From assembly GCF_004010195.1 (NCBI RefSeq), contig NC_057718.1, positions 23,828,135 to 23,892,134 of the forward strand: a stretch of DNA of 64,000 nucleotides. Direction: 5' to 3'. The position numbers and the translations under genes were made by a program. Of the stretch, positions 36,915 through 50,757 are shown piece by piece. The DNA comes from Chiloscyllium plagiosum. Its lineage: Eukaryota. The stretch's first letter is position 1; the number at the start of each line of letters is the position of its first letter. Under the pieces are notes generated by a model that searched no databases, had not been told where the DNA came from, and was given only the letters and a program-made list of their open reading frames with translations.

Positions 36915-37500
36915 AACCGTTAGATGTTGGAACAGAAGTAGGCCATTCAGCCCATTTGAATCTGCTTCACCATTCAATGAGGTCATGACTGATTTGATAA
37001 TCCTTGACTCCATGGTCCTGTCCTTACCCCAAACCCTTGAATAAAAATCTCTCCCCCAGCCTTTAATGTACTTATTGACACAGCCTCTGCAGCCCTCTGT
37101 GATTAACAATTCCACAGGTTCGCTACCGTCTGAGAGAAGGAAATCCTCCTCATCTCTGATTTCGATGACCTTGGTGCCCCAGACCTTGGTACCCCCTTAT
37201 TATGCTGTCCCACAATCTACCCTGTCAAGTCCTCTAACAATCTTGGATATTTCAATAAAGTTGCTTCTCATTCTTCTAAATTCCAGTGAGTACAGGCCAA
37301 AATCTACGCAGCTTTTCTTTGCAAAACATCCCTTCCTACCTGCTATCAACCAAATGAGCCTTCTCTGGACTGCCTCCAATTCCAGTATATCTTTCATTAG
37401 ATAGGGGCCTAATTTCATTCAAAGCGTTCCAGGTTTGGTCTGAATAGTGCATTGTTTAGTTTCAGAAACTTGTATACTCCATTCCTTTTGGAATAAAGAC
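36915..37500 (-). mobile_element. CR1 LINE 3' fragment
   Basis: 'KDILELEAVQRR...GLYSLEFRRMR'. Confidence 0.85.
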
Positions 37501-37509
37501 CATTTCTTT

Positions 37510-40470
37510 CATTTCAAAAATATACTTTATTAATAAAGTCATCTGTAAGTACATCACTATGTTCTAAATCAGTTCTATACAGAGAAAAGAAAAGATATTG
37601 GAATTTTGACATTTCTCAGAGCTTCTCTACAGTTGGAGAAAACAGAAGCATTTTCCGTTTATGCAGGAAACAATAAATGTTCATTTGGAGGCACTGAGAG
37701 GGTCTGACAACTGAACGAGTCCTGGTTATATTTTGCACAAAGATCTTATATGGTGGTCTTTGCCCACTGCATCTTGGCAACATAGGCCCCAAGCTTTAGT
37801 GCGCCCACCAGCATGTAGTCCTGGATCTTGGAATGTGCCAGTCTGCAACACTCGGTTGGGATCTGCTCCTTGCTCTGGGAGACCACAAGTTTCGGGCAGA
37901 CCAGAGAGCGTCTTTCACCGAGTTGATGGTCCTCCAGACGTAGTTGGTGTTTGTCTCGGTGTGTGTCCTGGGGAGCAGCCAGTAGAGCACAGAGCCCTGC
38001 GTCACGGAGCTGCATCTCGACAAAAACCCACTGCATCTCTCTCCAGATTTCCTCTGCAAAGGCACATTCCAGAAGGAGATGTGTGACTGTCTCTTCTCCC
38101 CATACCCACTTTGAGGGCAGCATGCGGTGGCACACAAAGACCAGGCATATGTGAAGGATCTTACAGGTAGTGCCCTTCACACCATCAGCCACCAACATCT
38201 GGATGCTTGTTGGAAAGGTTTGGCCAGGAGGCATTCTGCCAAATGACTTTGACAGCCTGCTCAGGAAAAAAACCCAAAGATGATCCAGCCTCTCCTTTAC
38301 TCATATGGTCTCAAGGATGCTACATGCTAACCATTTCCTGATTGCCTTATGGTCAAAGTTGTTTTCTCTTGCAAATGTTTCCATGACGTACAGTTGATAC
38401 AGAACAAGGTCTGGGGCACCAAGGTCAGGCCCATCCTTCGCAGCAATGAGGACAGTTAGAACTCCAATGCATAGTCATACTTGGTGTTTGTGTACCTAGA
38501 GTCTACGCACAGCTTGATGCAGCTATTGGATATGTCCTTATTCCTCTTGTGCAGAACGTTGTACATGTTCCCCTATGGACATGGTCCATCTTAGACCTCC
38601 AGATGAAGTGGCAGATAACTCAGGTGATCACAGTGGTATAGGGAATGGGCTAGACCTGAGCCACATGCAGCAACACCGAGACTACCTACACCTGATGACC
38701 AGGTTTTTATCTGCAATGGAGAGGAAGCGGTACTCTCATCCTCACCTTGATGATATGCTCTTCCCAAGTTTCGGTGCACACTCTGGCCCCTCCAAACCAT
38801 ATTCCATGCACCTTCAGGTAATCTTCAGGTGTAAGCCAGTTCCCAAAGAACATGGCCTCACTCTTGCTTCGATTTACCTTGGCTCCTGAGGCCTGTTCGA
38901 ACTGGTTACAGATGCTCAAGAGTCTGCGCACTGACAGCAAAAATGTGATATCATCCATGTACAGAGAGGCTTTGACCTACAGGGCGCCATTACCTGGGAT
39001 AGACACCCCTTTCAGGTTCACATCCTTCCTGATGGACTTGGCACACGGCTCTATACACCACACAAAAGAAGCAGGTGAGAGTGGGCAGCCCTGTCTGACT
39101 GCGGATCTGATCAGGGAGCTTTCCAATTCCCACCCCTTGACTGAGACTGCACTAACAATGTTGGTGAAGAGCAGTTGGATTCGATTGCAGATTTCATCAC
39201 CAGAACACATTCTGGAAGGCACGTCCCACACGTGCGACATCCTGTCAAAGGCCTTCTTTCTGGTTCAGGCCGATGAGCAGCCATCCACCCTTCTGTCCTG
39301 TGCATAGGTGATCACATCCCTGAGGAGCACGAGACTCTCAGCGACCGTCCTGCCCAGTACAGCACAGGTCTGTTCAGGGTGGATCACCTATCCCACAGCT
39401 GACCTGACCAGGTTGGTGATGACATTAGACAGGATTTTGTAATCTGCGACCAACAGTGAAATTGGTTGATAATTTCTAATTTCAACCACCCCCTCTCCCA
39501 CCCTACTTGTAGATGAGTGTGATGAAGCCTTTCCTCATGGATTCGCACGTGCTACCTACCAGAACACTCTGTCATAACCACCAGCCAGTCCTGACTAATC
39601 AAGTCCCACAGAGCTGAACACAACACGGCTTGTAACCTGTTACTTCCGGAAGTCTTACACGTTTCTAAGGACTCGAGAACATTGTTCAGTTTATCCAGAG
39701 ATAACGCCTGGTCCAGACTCTCCCATTTGCTGTTACCTAAGATGTCCATGATAGATGACAGAAACATCTGGGAGGCTGTGCTGTCTGTGGGCTACGTGTC
39801 ATACAGACTGGCATCGAAGGATTTGCTGATCCTCAGGATGGCAGACTGAAGTAATGTTACTGTGTCATCTTCTTCCTTCAGACTGCTGAGCACAGAGCTC
39901 TCCCTGTGCACCTTTGGAAGAAGGAACATGAGCAAGTCTCATCCTGCTCCATGGAGCGGACCACGGGCTGGGAGATTAACTTGGAGGCCTCCAAGGCAAA
40001 CAGAGAGACTTGCTGGCTCTTCACCTCCTGGAGATCCTCCGTGACATCAACCCTATTGTCTGCAGCTGGAATGGGGTTTTCTGAGTTTTGCCAATTTGAC
40101 CTGTCTCTCTCTCTGTCACAAACACACCTTCTGAATCCCTTTGAGGATGAAGAACCTCTTGCAGATCCTCTTGACTGTTTCCCATCAGTCCATTGCAGAC
40201 TGAAAGAGGCATTTCACAGTTCTTCAACCTTTGAAATTACCTTTGCGTTCCTCAATGTTTTCTAGGGTCAAAATCTTCACATTCAGTTTTTATCACCCTC
40301 TTGCAGATGACAATTGGCCAGCAGGAGGCAGTTTATTCCATTTGCCTTTCCTGATGTCCATTGAACTTTTGATGCTTGCTTTTTTTGTGATTCATGGAAA
40401 GGGACTCCTGTATTCCAGGCCCCGGAGAATTTGTCTCAATGGGATTGGAATGTGATCAGCAGCAGGCCAT
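37510..40470 (-). mobile_element. Tx1/L1-group LINE ORF2 (frameshifted)
   Basis: 'SAVRQGCPLSP', 'YMDDITF', 'SGAKVNRSKSEAMFFGNW', C-terminal 'EETVTHLLLECAFA'; AATAAA on the minus strand near 37527. Confidence 0.88.
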
Positions 40471-41324
40471 CCAAAGGATGAATAACCTTCTACAAAAAAT
40501 CCAAGAATCAAATAAGTTTGCAATGTAAAAATATGCACAATGAATAATAATTTGTCAAATTAATTTGTATGCTTGTATTGTGAGATGGGAAGCTTTAATC
40601 AAATTGATAGGGGACTTAGGAGCAACTGATCATGTGACATTGGCTGAAACATTCATATTATCTTGGTAAATGCATAATCATAGTCAAAACGCATCAATCT
40701 TCATTAGCGTAACATTTTAAAGCTCGTACAGACCAAAAGTAAAATGGTGAACTCTATAAATTTAATTAAAATTCCCACAAGCTATGACTAATTTATTTCA
40801 AGCTGAGTAATGATAATCACAAACTCTTCAGTGCGAGGTAATCCCAACTTTTAAAAATTAGGCTGAGCTACTTTCACAAACAGAAAGAATTCATATTTTG
40901 GAGCAAATAGCAAATATCATATTTATCAGATAATTTCCCACAAAAGGCACATTTACAATGAATAAAATGTGTCCTGTAAAAAGGAGGAGGCAAGTTTTTG
41001 TGGCACCTGGCACAAGTATTCAGAATGTAATTGTGACAGAGTAATCTCACTCTGATCCATGCGGATGGTAAAGAATGGAGCAATAGTGTAGAGGAGCCAT
41101 AAAAGCAGATCATACAGGGATGAGAGGGTTGGACAGAACCAGATGGAGTTTATCAAAGCCTTTTGCTTTTCAGTTCACAAGATTCCCAATGTAAAGGGGA
41201 ACAAAAGAGAGAATCAGGGCTTGGGAATGAGAGCCTGGGTGAAGGAGTCAAGCTGGGGATGAGGGGCGGATTGTATCGGATCAGCACTGGGTGCCTCACA
41301 TCAAGCAACTAAGATTTACTTATT

Positions 41325-41703
41325 GGGGAGGAGAACATCTAGTTGTATTAATGCTAGACTATTAACCCAGAAACTCAACTAATGCCGTGGGGTCCTGTGT
41401 TCAAATCCTGCTATAGCAGATGGTAAAATTTGAATTCAATTTTTTAAAAAGTCTGGAATTAAGAATCTGCTGATGACCATAAAACCATTGCCGATTATCA
41501 GAAAAACCCATCTGGCTCACTAATATCTACCAAGCATTTCAATCTGCCATCCTCATCTAATCTGGCTGTAACGTGACTCCAGACCCACAGCAAAGTGGTT
41601 GACTCTCGACAGCTTTCTGAAGTGGGTCAGCAAGCCATTCATTTCAAGGGCAGCTAGGGATGGGCAATGAATGCTGACTAAGTCTCATGAGTGAATAAAA
41701 AAG
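41325..41703 (+). mobile_element. Full-length tRNA-derived SINE whose tail matches the second CR1-like LINE
   Basis: B-box-like 'tgttcaaatcc'; tail 'aagggcagctagggatgggcaatgaatgctg...gaataaaaaa'. Confidence 0.8.
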
Positions 41704-42749
41704 CCTTCATCTGGGAGTCTTCAGACCCCTGAATAAGCAAATTTGCAGTATATGGATATGCATTCTATCAAATTTCCATTATGTAGCAAATGAGGTCATT
41801 ATATATTCTTTTAATCAAGTTCAAAGGAAGCAGAGAGGGTAGTATTAGTTACAAATGAGTCACAAGCATAGACCAGTTAGGACAAATGGCCTTTTTTTTG
41901 AGCTGTAAATTCTGTGTAATTCTACATCATTTTCCAACGTCTGTGGATGAATTCAAATGGAACATTGCTGTATTTCACTTTGTTCACAGTTTACTTGTAC
42001 CATCCAGCGTTTTTCAATCTCAGTTACAACCTCTTACAAAAAAAAATGCAAGCTTGAATGGACTAGGTCATTTCAAACCTCATTTTTGAAATCAGTTCTA
42101 TGATGAGGCCAAATCCTCTCAGCACCCATTCATCTCGTCTTCCTGATTGTTTCGTTATGGTTATTTATCACAATGAACAAGCAATTCTGTTGCCTCAAAC
42201 TTTTGCTGTGACCTGATAGCAATTTCACCATCTCCGACAACTAAAATGCTTGCTTGTTGAACAGTATGTGAGCGTAATTGTTTACGTAAGCTGCGACAAA
42301 CAAAATGCTAGCCTGCATACAAATGAAAGAACTGTAAATCTTAATGTTATGCAGACATCGCATCTCAAATCCAACCATTCAGTGCATGGCCGATTAGTGA
42401 TTGCTGTATTTCTGGTTTGCGTTATAATCCAGATAATGTTATCACTGAACAGTTTCAATCACACATTGAAATCTGGCTTAATCGAACTTTTTGCTTCTTT
42501 AACAAAGTGGTCTTTCATTGAAACACAATCTACAATGCTACAGATTTGCTTTTAATAATAAAACAGAAGTTTATTACACAACGGAAAAAGAAAGATAAAA
42601 TAGAATAAACCAAATCATATATATGGAACACTACCTGAACAATTTTGAAACAAGTGGGAAAGTACAATCCTTCTATCCCAATACCATCAGATTAGAGTAC
42701 TTAAACAACAGGGCATACTTCCTTCTCTAGCACATCTATAGGTTTGGTG

Positions 42750-42848
42750 GAAATAAAAACAGAAAATACTCAAGAAACTCAGCAGATTTGGTAGCATCTG
42801 TGAAGAGAGAAACAATAACATTTCATGTCTAATGTGACTCTTCTTGAG
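42750..42848 (-). mobile_element. PLE terminal-repeat fragment
   Basis: 'aaactcagcagatttggtagcatctgtg...gactcttctt'. Confidence 0.7.
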
Positions 42849-43389
42849 AGTTGCTTTTGCTTTTACATAGGTTTGTTTTAACTGCTCTTTTTAATTCCTG
42901 ATCTTGAGAGTGTCATAGCCATTTTGTCAATTATTCACACAACTGAAGTTAGACTTTCCCAGCTTCAAATAAACCCTTCAGTGAGCTAACCAAGCACTTC
43001 CAGTCTGGAACTTGCGAACTAAAATCCTTACACTGAGGCAACCTACTTTTTAACCTTTCTGAAAACTGTATTTTCTCGAAGAGAAACATTTTCATATATC
43101 TAATTTCAACCAGGACTTCTCCTAGTCATTTCCCCTAAGGAAAGAAAGGATCCAGATCCTTCTAAACTGAAAGCATGCTAATACTCCCTTGTATTTATTC
43201 TTTCCTTCCTAACACTCTCCCAATTTAAAAAAATTCCTATTGTGACCCCAAGGACATTCTCTTTTATACTGTTTTAAAAAAAAAACATGATTTCGAAATG
43301 CTGACATTAACTCCTCATGCACACAGACCAAAACATGCATACTGCTAGTTTAAAACTCTCGCCTGGAGCCATAGGGAGACAGGATGTGA

Positions 43390-43990
43390 AGAAAGCTTTC
43401 AACATTCTTGCTTTCATCAGTCAGAACATTGAGTATAGGAGTTAGGACGTCTTGTTGCAGCTGTACAAGACATTAGTGAAGCTATGTTTGGAATACTACA
43501 TGCAATTCTAGTCACTCTACTAGAGAAGGGATACTATTAAACTAGAAAGAGGGCAGAGTTGATTTCCTAGTATGCTACCTGAACTGGAAGGTTTGAGTTA
43601 TAAAGAGAGATTGGACAGGCTGGGACAATTTGCCCTCAAGCATGGGAGACTGAGAGATGACCTTGTGGAAGACTATAGAATCATGAGAGGCATGATTAAG
43701 GTAGATAGCCAACAACTTTTCCCCATGATAGGGGAGTCTCAAATAATGGGTCCAGAGAGGCAATTTTTTCACGTCTTGGGTGACGAGTATTGAAATGGGC
43801 TGTCAGAGGTAGTGGTAAAGGTGAGTACAATTTTGTCATTTAAGAAACATATGGACAAGTATATGGATGGGACAGGTATGGAGGGATAAGGACCAAACGC
43901 AGGCAAGTGGGACTAGATTAATTGTGAAAAACAGGCAGCATGGACAAGTTGGGCTGAAGGGCCTATTTCCTTGCTGTAAACCTCCATGAA
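43390..43990 (+). mobile_element. CR1 3' fragment
   Basis: 'MLPELEGLSYKERLDRLG...RLRDDLVE'. Confidence 0.88.
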
Positions 43991-45160
43991 TCAAAAAAAT
44001 CCAAACTGTAAAAGAAATCATATTAAAATACGCATAACCACACACTTTGCAAACAGGTGATGGAAAAAATATGGCTGTAAGAGCTGCTCCTTTTTGAGGT
44101 ATTTTCACTGTTGGAGCTGATTTCTTCATATTCTGGGGGCAACAGTTACTGTTTTATAAGCTGTTGTATTGTTTTGGAAATTTGGGGGAACAGAAAGATC
44201 AAAATAATGGCATTTTAAAAGGGAGGAAGGGAGACAAAGGTAGTGACCAACATGGGAAATGATTCAAATGGAGAAATTAACCTGCACTGCCATCTGACCC
44301 AGCAGTGGATCTGCACAGCTAACTGTTCTGCTGTTTGATTTCAAATATCTCTGGACATCGGAGTTTCTCTAAGAAAAGTTGAAAAAACAGCAAAAATCAG
44401 TGCTCTCCTTGGAGAAGCCTATGCGTGAGAGAGCTCACAGCAGGGGAGTAGCTAAGCGTGACCTTTCCTTCTTTTGTAAATCTACATTAGTGAGTTGAAT
44501 GGCTTCATTTTTGAGTATATGTTTTATGGAGATCTGGTTCTTGATTAAACTTTAAAAATTAAAAACATAGGTACTAGGTTAGCCTGGAGCAGTATTTTTA
44601 GAGCAGTAAGGCTGTGTTATTTTCTAGGTCTGTAAATTGTTAAGGTGCAAAGATGGCCTTGAGTAGAGTGATGTGCTCTTCCTGTCAGATGTGGGAGATT
44701 AGGGAGAGTTTCCATGTTACTGAGGATTATATCTTCAGGAAGTGTCTTTGGTTGTGATTCTTATTGGATTTCATGCATTGGTTGGAGCAGCAGTTAGAGG
44801 CAATGAGAATTTTACAGAAGCTGGCGGTGTGATGGATGGCAGTTACAGAAAGGGAGAAAAACTGCAGATAGAGTCAGGTAGATGGGTTACCTTCAGGAAA
44901 GGTAGGAGGGGTAGAAGGTTGTGCAGGAGTCTCCTGTGGTTATCCTCCCCATTTCAAACAAGTATACCGTTTTGCAAAATGTGAGGGGTGATGGACTCAC
45001 AGGGGAATGTAGCACTGACAGCCAAGTTTCTAGTGCTGAGACTGGCTCTAATGTAATGAGGGGTATCTCAGGTTCCAAGTGATCGATTGTGTTAGGGGAC
45101 TGTTTAGTCAGTGGCATAGAATGATGTTTCTGTAGCTGGCAGTGAAAAATCAGAATGGCG

Positions 45161-46058
45161 AGTTTTGAGAAGATTTGTAGCTCAGGTCGAGATTTTGGAT
45201 GTAGATTTGCTCGCTGAGCTGGAAGTTTCCTTTCCAGATGTTTTGTTACCCTACTAGGTAACATTTTCAGTGGGCCTCAGGCAAAGCAATGCTGAAAATT
45301 CCTGCTTTCTATTTGTATGTTTGGGTTTCTTTGGGTTGGTGATGTCATTTCCTATAGTGAAGTCACTTCATGTTCCTTTTCTCAGGGGGTGGTAGATGGG
45401 GTCTAACTCGATGGGTTTGTTGATAGAGTTCCAGTTGAAATGCCATGCTTCTAGGAATTCTTGTGTGTGTCACTGTTTGGCTTGTCTGAGGATGGATGTA
45501 TTGTCCCAGTTGAAATGGTGTCCTTCCTCATCCATATGTGAGGATACTAGTGAGAGAGGGTCATGTCTTTTTGTGGCTAGTTGGTGTTCATGTATCCTGG
45601 TGGCTAGTTTTCTGCCTGTTTGTCCAAAGTAGTGTTTGCACGGTCCTTGCACGGTATTTTGTAAATTACATTAGTTTTGCTCATTGTCTATATAGGGTCT
45701 TTCAAGTTCATTAGCTGCTGTTTTAATGTGTTGGTGGGTTTGTGGGCTACCATGATGCCCAGGGGTCTGACTAGTCTGGCAGTCATTTCCGACGTAGGAT
45801 GTCTTTGATGTAGGAGAGAGTGGCTAGGGTTTCAGGATGTGTTTTGACTGCTTGTTTGTGTTTGTTGCTGAGAAATCGGCGGACTGTGTTCATTGGGTTC
45901 CCATTCTTTTTGAATACACGGTATAGGTGATTTTCCTTTGCTCTGCATTGTTCCTCTGTGCTGCAGTGTGTGTTGGCTCATTGAAATAATGGTCTGATGC
46001 AGCTTTGTTTGTGGGTGTTGGGATGATTGCTTCTGTAGTTCAATATTTGGTCAATATT
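45161..46058 (-). mobile_element. Penelope-like element 3' part (GIY-YIG and pLTR) inside CR1 ORF1
   Basis: 'CKHYFGQTGRKLATRIHEHQLATKRHDPLS'; degenerate HHR with stem II gttacc/ggtaac at ~45233-45271. Confidence 0.9.
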
Positions 46059-47794
46059 TGAGGATAAGATTCTAAGCATAGAATATTGGAAGTTCAGTAC
46101 AAATTTAAAAAGGAGATCCTAAAGGGGAGTAATATCTGGATTACTCCTGGTGCTTCCAACTTGTGAGGGTAGGAATAGGAGGATAAAGCATATTAATGCA
46201 TAGCTGAGGAGCTGGTGCAGGGGAGAAGGATTCACATTTTTGGATCATTTGACTCTCTTCTGGGGTAGAAGTGACCTGTATAAGAAAGATAGATTGTGCC
46301 TGAATTGGAAGGGGACTAATGTACTGGCAGGGCAATTTGCTAGAGCTGCTCGGGGGATTTAAACTAGTAAGGGGGTGGGATGTGATAATGGGACCCAGGG
46401 AGATATTGAAAAATAAGATCATTCTGAGATTGGTAGAGTTGGGAAAAGGAACAAGTCAAACAGTCAGAGCAGGTAGGAACAAGGCAGAGAACAAGATAGA
46501 ACTGATAAATTAAACTGCATTTATTTCAATGCCAGAGGTCTAATAGGAAAGGCAGATGAACTCAGGACATTCTTAGGAACATGGGACTGGGATATCATAG
46601 CAATTACAACAACATGGCTCAGGGATGGACAGGACTGGCAGCTTCATGTTTGAGGGTGTAGATGCTACAGGAAGGTTAGAAAATGAGGCAAGAGAGAAGG
46701 GCGTGTGGCATTTTTAATCAGGGATAACATTACATCTGTACTTATGGAAGATATTCCTGGGAATTCATCCAAGAAAGGTATTTGGGTGGAACTGAGAAAT
46801 AAGAAAAGGATGATCACTTTTTTTTAGGATTGTATTATAGACCTCCGAATAGTCAGCAGGAAATTGAGAAACAAATTTGTGAGGTGATTTCAGTCATCTT
46901 CAGAATAATAGGGGTGGTTATGGTAGGGAGTTTTAACTTTCCAAGCATAGACTGGGACGGCCATAGTGTTAAGGATTTAGATGGAGTGGAATTTGTTAAG
47001 TATGTACATGAAAATTTTCTGATTTAATATGCAGATGCATCTACTCTTGGGAAATAAAGCAGGGCAGGTGACTGAGGTGTCAGTGGGGGAGTACTTTGGG
47101 GCCAGTGACCATAATTCTATTAGTTTTAAAATAGTGATGGAAAAGGATAGATTGGATCTAAAAGTAAAAGACTATATTGGAGGAAGGCCAATTTTGACGG
47201 CATTAGGCAAGAATTGATTGGGTTGAATGTCATAGGTAAAGGGATGGCTGGAAAATGGGAAGCCTTCAAAGATTAGAGACAGTATATTCCTGTTAGGCTG
47301 ATCAGCAAGGCTGGTAGGTGCAGGGAGTTCTGGATGACTGGAGAAATTAAGGTTTTGGTCAAGAAAAAGAAGGAAGCATATGACAGGTATAGACAGAAGG
47401 AATCAAGTGAATCCTTGGAAGAGTATAAAGGCAAAAGGGGTACACTTAAGAGGGAAATCAGGAGGGCAAAAAGGGGACATAAGATAACTTTGCAAATAGG
47501 GTTAAGGAGAATCCAAAGAGATTCTGCAATTCTGTTAAGGACAAAAGGGTAACTAGGGAGAGAATAAAGATCAGCAAGGTCGCCTATGTGTGGAACCGCA
47601 GGAGATAGAGGAGACATTAAAAGAATGGCAGAAGACTGGAGGTTGGTTAATGTGTTGCCACTGTATAGGAAACGTGGTAAGAGAACACCAGGCAAGGATT
47701 CAGAAGATACAGAACATGTGGAAATAAACAGCAACATCTTGAAAATATCCATATTACAGAGGAGGAGGTACTGGACGGCTTAAAACGCATAAAG

Positions 47795-48094
47795 ATTCCC
47801 TACAGCATAGAAACAGGCTTTTCGTCCCAACCAGTCCACACCGACCCTCCAAAGAGTAACCCACCCTGACCCATTTCCCTCTGACTAATGCACCTAACAC
47901 TATGGGTAATTTAGCATGGCCAATTCACCTGACCTGCACATCTTTGGACTGTGGGAGGAAACTGGAGCACCCGGAGGAAACCCACACAGGGAGAATGTTC
48001 AAACTCCACACAGATAGTCACCCAAGTCTGGAATCAAACCTAGGACCCTGGTGCTGTGAGGCAGCAGTGCTAACCACTGAGCCACTGTGCCGCC
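47795..48094 (-). mobile_element. HE1-like SINE with 7-bp TSD
   Basis: TSD cataaag at 47788-47794 and 48095-48101. Confidence 0.93.
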
Positions 48095-48735
48095 CATAAA
48101 GGTGGATACATCACCAGGACCTGATCCTGGTGGGCCTCGAGCTGAAATATTTGTAACATTGACAGCCACAGGTGAGGTGGCAGAAGACTGGAGGTTGGCA
48201 AATGTGTTGCCACTGTACAGGAAACGTGGTAAGAGAACACCAGGGAATCACAGACTGGTGAACCTGGCGTCAGTGGTGGGCAAGTTGGAGGGAATCCTGG
48301 GGGATAAGATGTACATGTATTTGAAAAGGCAAGAACTGATTAGGGATAGTCAACATGGCTTTGTGCATGGGAAATCATGTCTCACAAACTTGATTAAGTT
48401 TCATGAAGAAATAATGAAGAGGATTGATGAGAGGATGTAATCTATATGGACTTAAGTAAGATGTTCAATAAGGTTCCTCATGGTAGACATATTAGCAAGA
48501 TTCGGTCACATGGAATAGAGGAGAACTAGCTAGTTTTGTACAGACCTGCCTTGAAGGTACAAGACAGAGGGTGCTGGTGGAGGAGCATTGCTTTTCAGAC
48601 TGGAGGCCTGTAACCAGTGGTGTGCAACACAAATCACTGCTGGGTTCAATGCTTTTCATCATTTATATAAATGATTTGGAAATGAACATTGGAGGTATGA
48701 TGAGTAAGTTTACAAATGACACCAAAATTGGAGGT

Positions 48736-49016
48736 TTAGATTACATTACAGTGTGGAAACAGGCCCTTTGGCCCAACAAGTCCACACAGACCCGCCGAAG
48801 CGTAACCCACCCATACCCCTACATTTACCCCTTACCTAACACTACAGGTAATTTAGCATGGCCAATTCACCTGACCTGCACATCTTTGGACTGTGGGAGG
48901 AAACCGGAGCACCTGGAGGAAACCTACGCAGACACAGGGAGAACGTGCAAACTCCACACAGTCAATCACCTGAGGCGGGAATTGAACCCGGGTCTCTGGC
49001 GCTGTGAGGCAGCCAC
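48736..49016 (-). mobile_element. HE1-like SINE (second subtype, CpG-rich)
   Basis: V-domain reverse complement; it splits CR1 RT 'DTKIGG|VVDSEEG'. Confidence 0.9.
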
Positions 49017-49305
49017 GGTGTAGTGGACAGCGAAGAAGGTTACCTCAGATTACAACAGGATCTTGATCAGATGGACCAATGAGCCAGGAGTAGCAGATGG
49101 AGTTTAATTTACATAAATGTGAGATGCTGCATTTTGTAAAGGCAAATCAAGACAAGGCTTATACACTTAATGGTAAGATTCTGGGGAGTGTTGCTGAATA
49201 AAGAAACCTTGGAGTCCAACATGAAGTCTCAGGTAGATAGGTAAGTGAAGAAGGCGTTTGGTATGTTTGCCTTTATTGGTCAATGCATTGACTATCGGAG
49301 TTGGG

Positions 49306-49490
49306 ATTCAAGATTAGAGTCATGCTGGAAAAGCACAGATGGCCAATCAGCATCCGAGGAGCAGGAAAATCCTGCTCATTCCTGAAATGTCAATTTTCCT
49401 GCTCTTCGGATGCTGCATGACTGTCTGTGCTTTTGCAGTACTACACTAATCTTGACTCTAAATTGCAGCATCTGCAGTACCCACTTCCTC
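49306..49490 (+). mobile_element. PLE-derived fold-back element inside CR1
   Basis: Arms 'caagattagagt...gcatccgaggagcaggaaaat' / 'attttcctgctcttcggatgc...ctaatcttg'; flanks ctatcggagtt / ctataggagtt. Confidence 0.85.
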
Positions 49491-49908
49491 CTATAGGAGT
49501 TAGGAGGTCATGTTACGGCTGTACAGGACGTTGGTTTTGGAATACTGCATGCAATTCAGGTCTCCCTGCTATAGGAAGGATATTGTGAAACTTGGAAGGG
49601 TTCAGAAAAGATTTACAAGAATGTTGCCAGGGTTGGAGGGTTTAAACGATCAGGGGAGGCTGTATAGTCTGGAGCTGTTTTCCTTGGAGCATCGGAGGCT
49701 GAGGCTGAGGGGTGAGCTCATAGAGGTTTATAAAATCATGAGGGGCATGGATAGGATAAATAGACAAGTCATTTCCCCCAGGGCGGGGGAGCCCACAACT
49801 AGAGGGCATCAGTTTAAGGTGAGAGAGGCACGATTTAGAAGGGTTCTAAAGGGCAACTTTTTTCATGCAGAGTGTAGTGTGTGTATGGAATGATCTGCCA
49901 GAGGAAGT

Positions 49909-50757
49909 CATAGAGTCATAGAGATATACAGCATGGAAACAGACCTTACAGTCCAACCTGTCCATGCCGACCAGATATCCCAACTCAATCTATTCCCAAC
50001 TGCCAGCACCTGGCCCATATCCCTCCAAACCCTTCCTATTCATATATTCATCCAAATGACTCTTAAATGTTGCAATTGTACCAGCCTCCACCACATCATC
50101 TGGCAGCTCATTCCATACATGTACCACCCTCTGCATGAAAAGGTTGCCCCTTAGGTCTCTTTTATATCTTTCCCCTCCCACCCTAAACCTATGCCCTCTA
50201 GTTCTGGACTCCCTGACCCCAGGGAAAAGACTTTGTCTATTTACCCTGTCCATGCCTCTCATAATTTTGTAAACCTCTGTAAGGTCACCCCTCAGCCTCC
50301 GACGCTCCAGGGAAAACAGCCCCAGCCTGTTCANACCTGCGACTCCACTTTCAAGGAGCTATGAACCTGCACTCCAAGGTCTCTTTGTTTAGCAATACTC
50401 TCTAGGACCTTACCATTAAGTGTATAAGTCCTGCTAAGATTTGCTTTCCCAAAATGCAGCACCTCACATTTATCTGAATTAAACGCCATCTGCCACTTCT
50501 CAGCCCATTGGCTCATCTGATCAAGATCCTGTTGTAATCTGAGGTAACCCTCTTCGCTGTCCACTACACCTCCAATTTTGGTGTCATCTGCAAATTTACT
50601 AACTCTACCTCTTATGCTCGCATCCAAATCATTTATGTAAATGACAAAAAGTAAAGGACCCAGCACCGATCCTTGTAGCACTCCACTGGTCACAGGCCTT
50701 CAGTCTAAAAAACAACCCTCCACCACCACCCTCTGTCTTCTACCTTTAAGCCAGTTC
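49909..50757 (-). mobile_element. Younger CR1 inserted antisense into the CR1 3' end; contains an N at 50334
   Basis: ORFs 49990-50262 and 50331-50693 (QGSVLGPLLF..FADDTK); the host resumes as 'ggaggctggt'. Confidence 0.9.

Noticed and set aside
42550..43340. Possible solo LTR
   Set aside because: A minus-strand poly(A) signal is present, but I could not define termini or a TSD.
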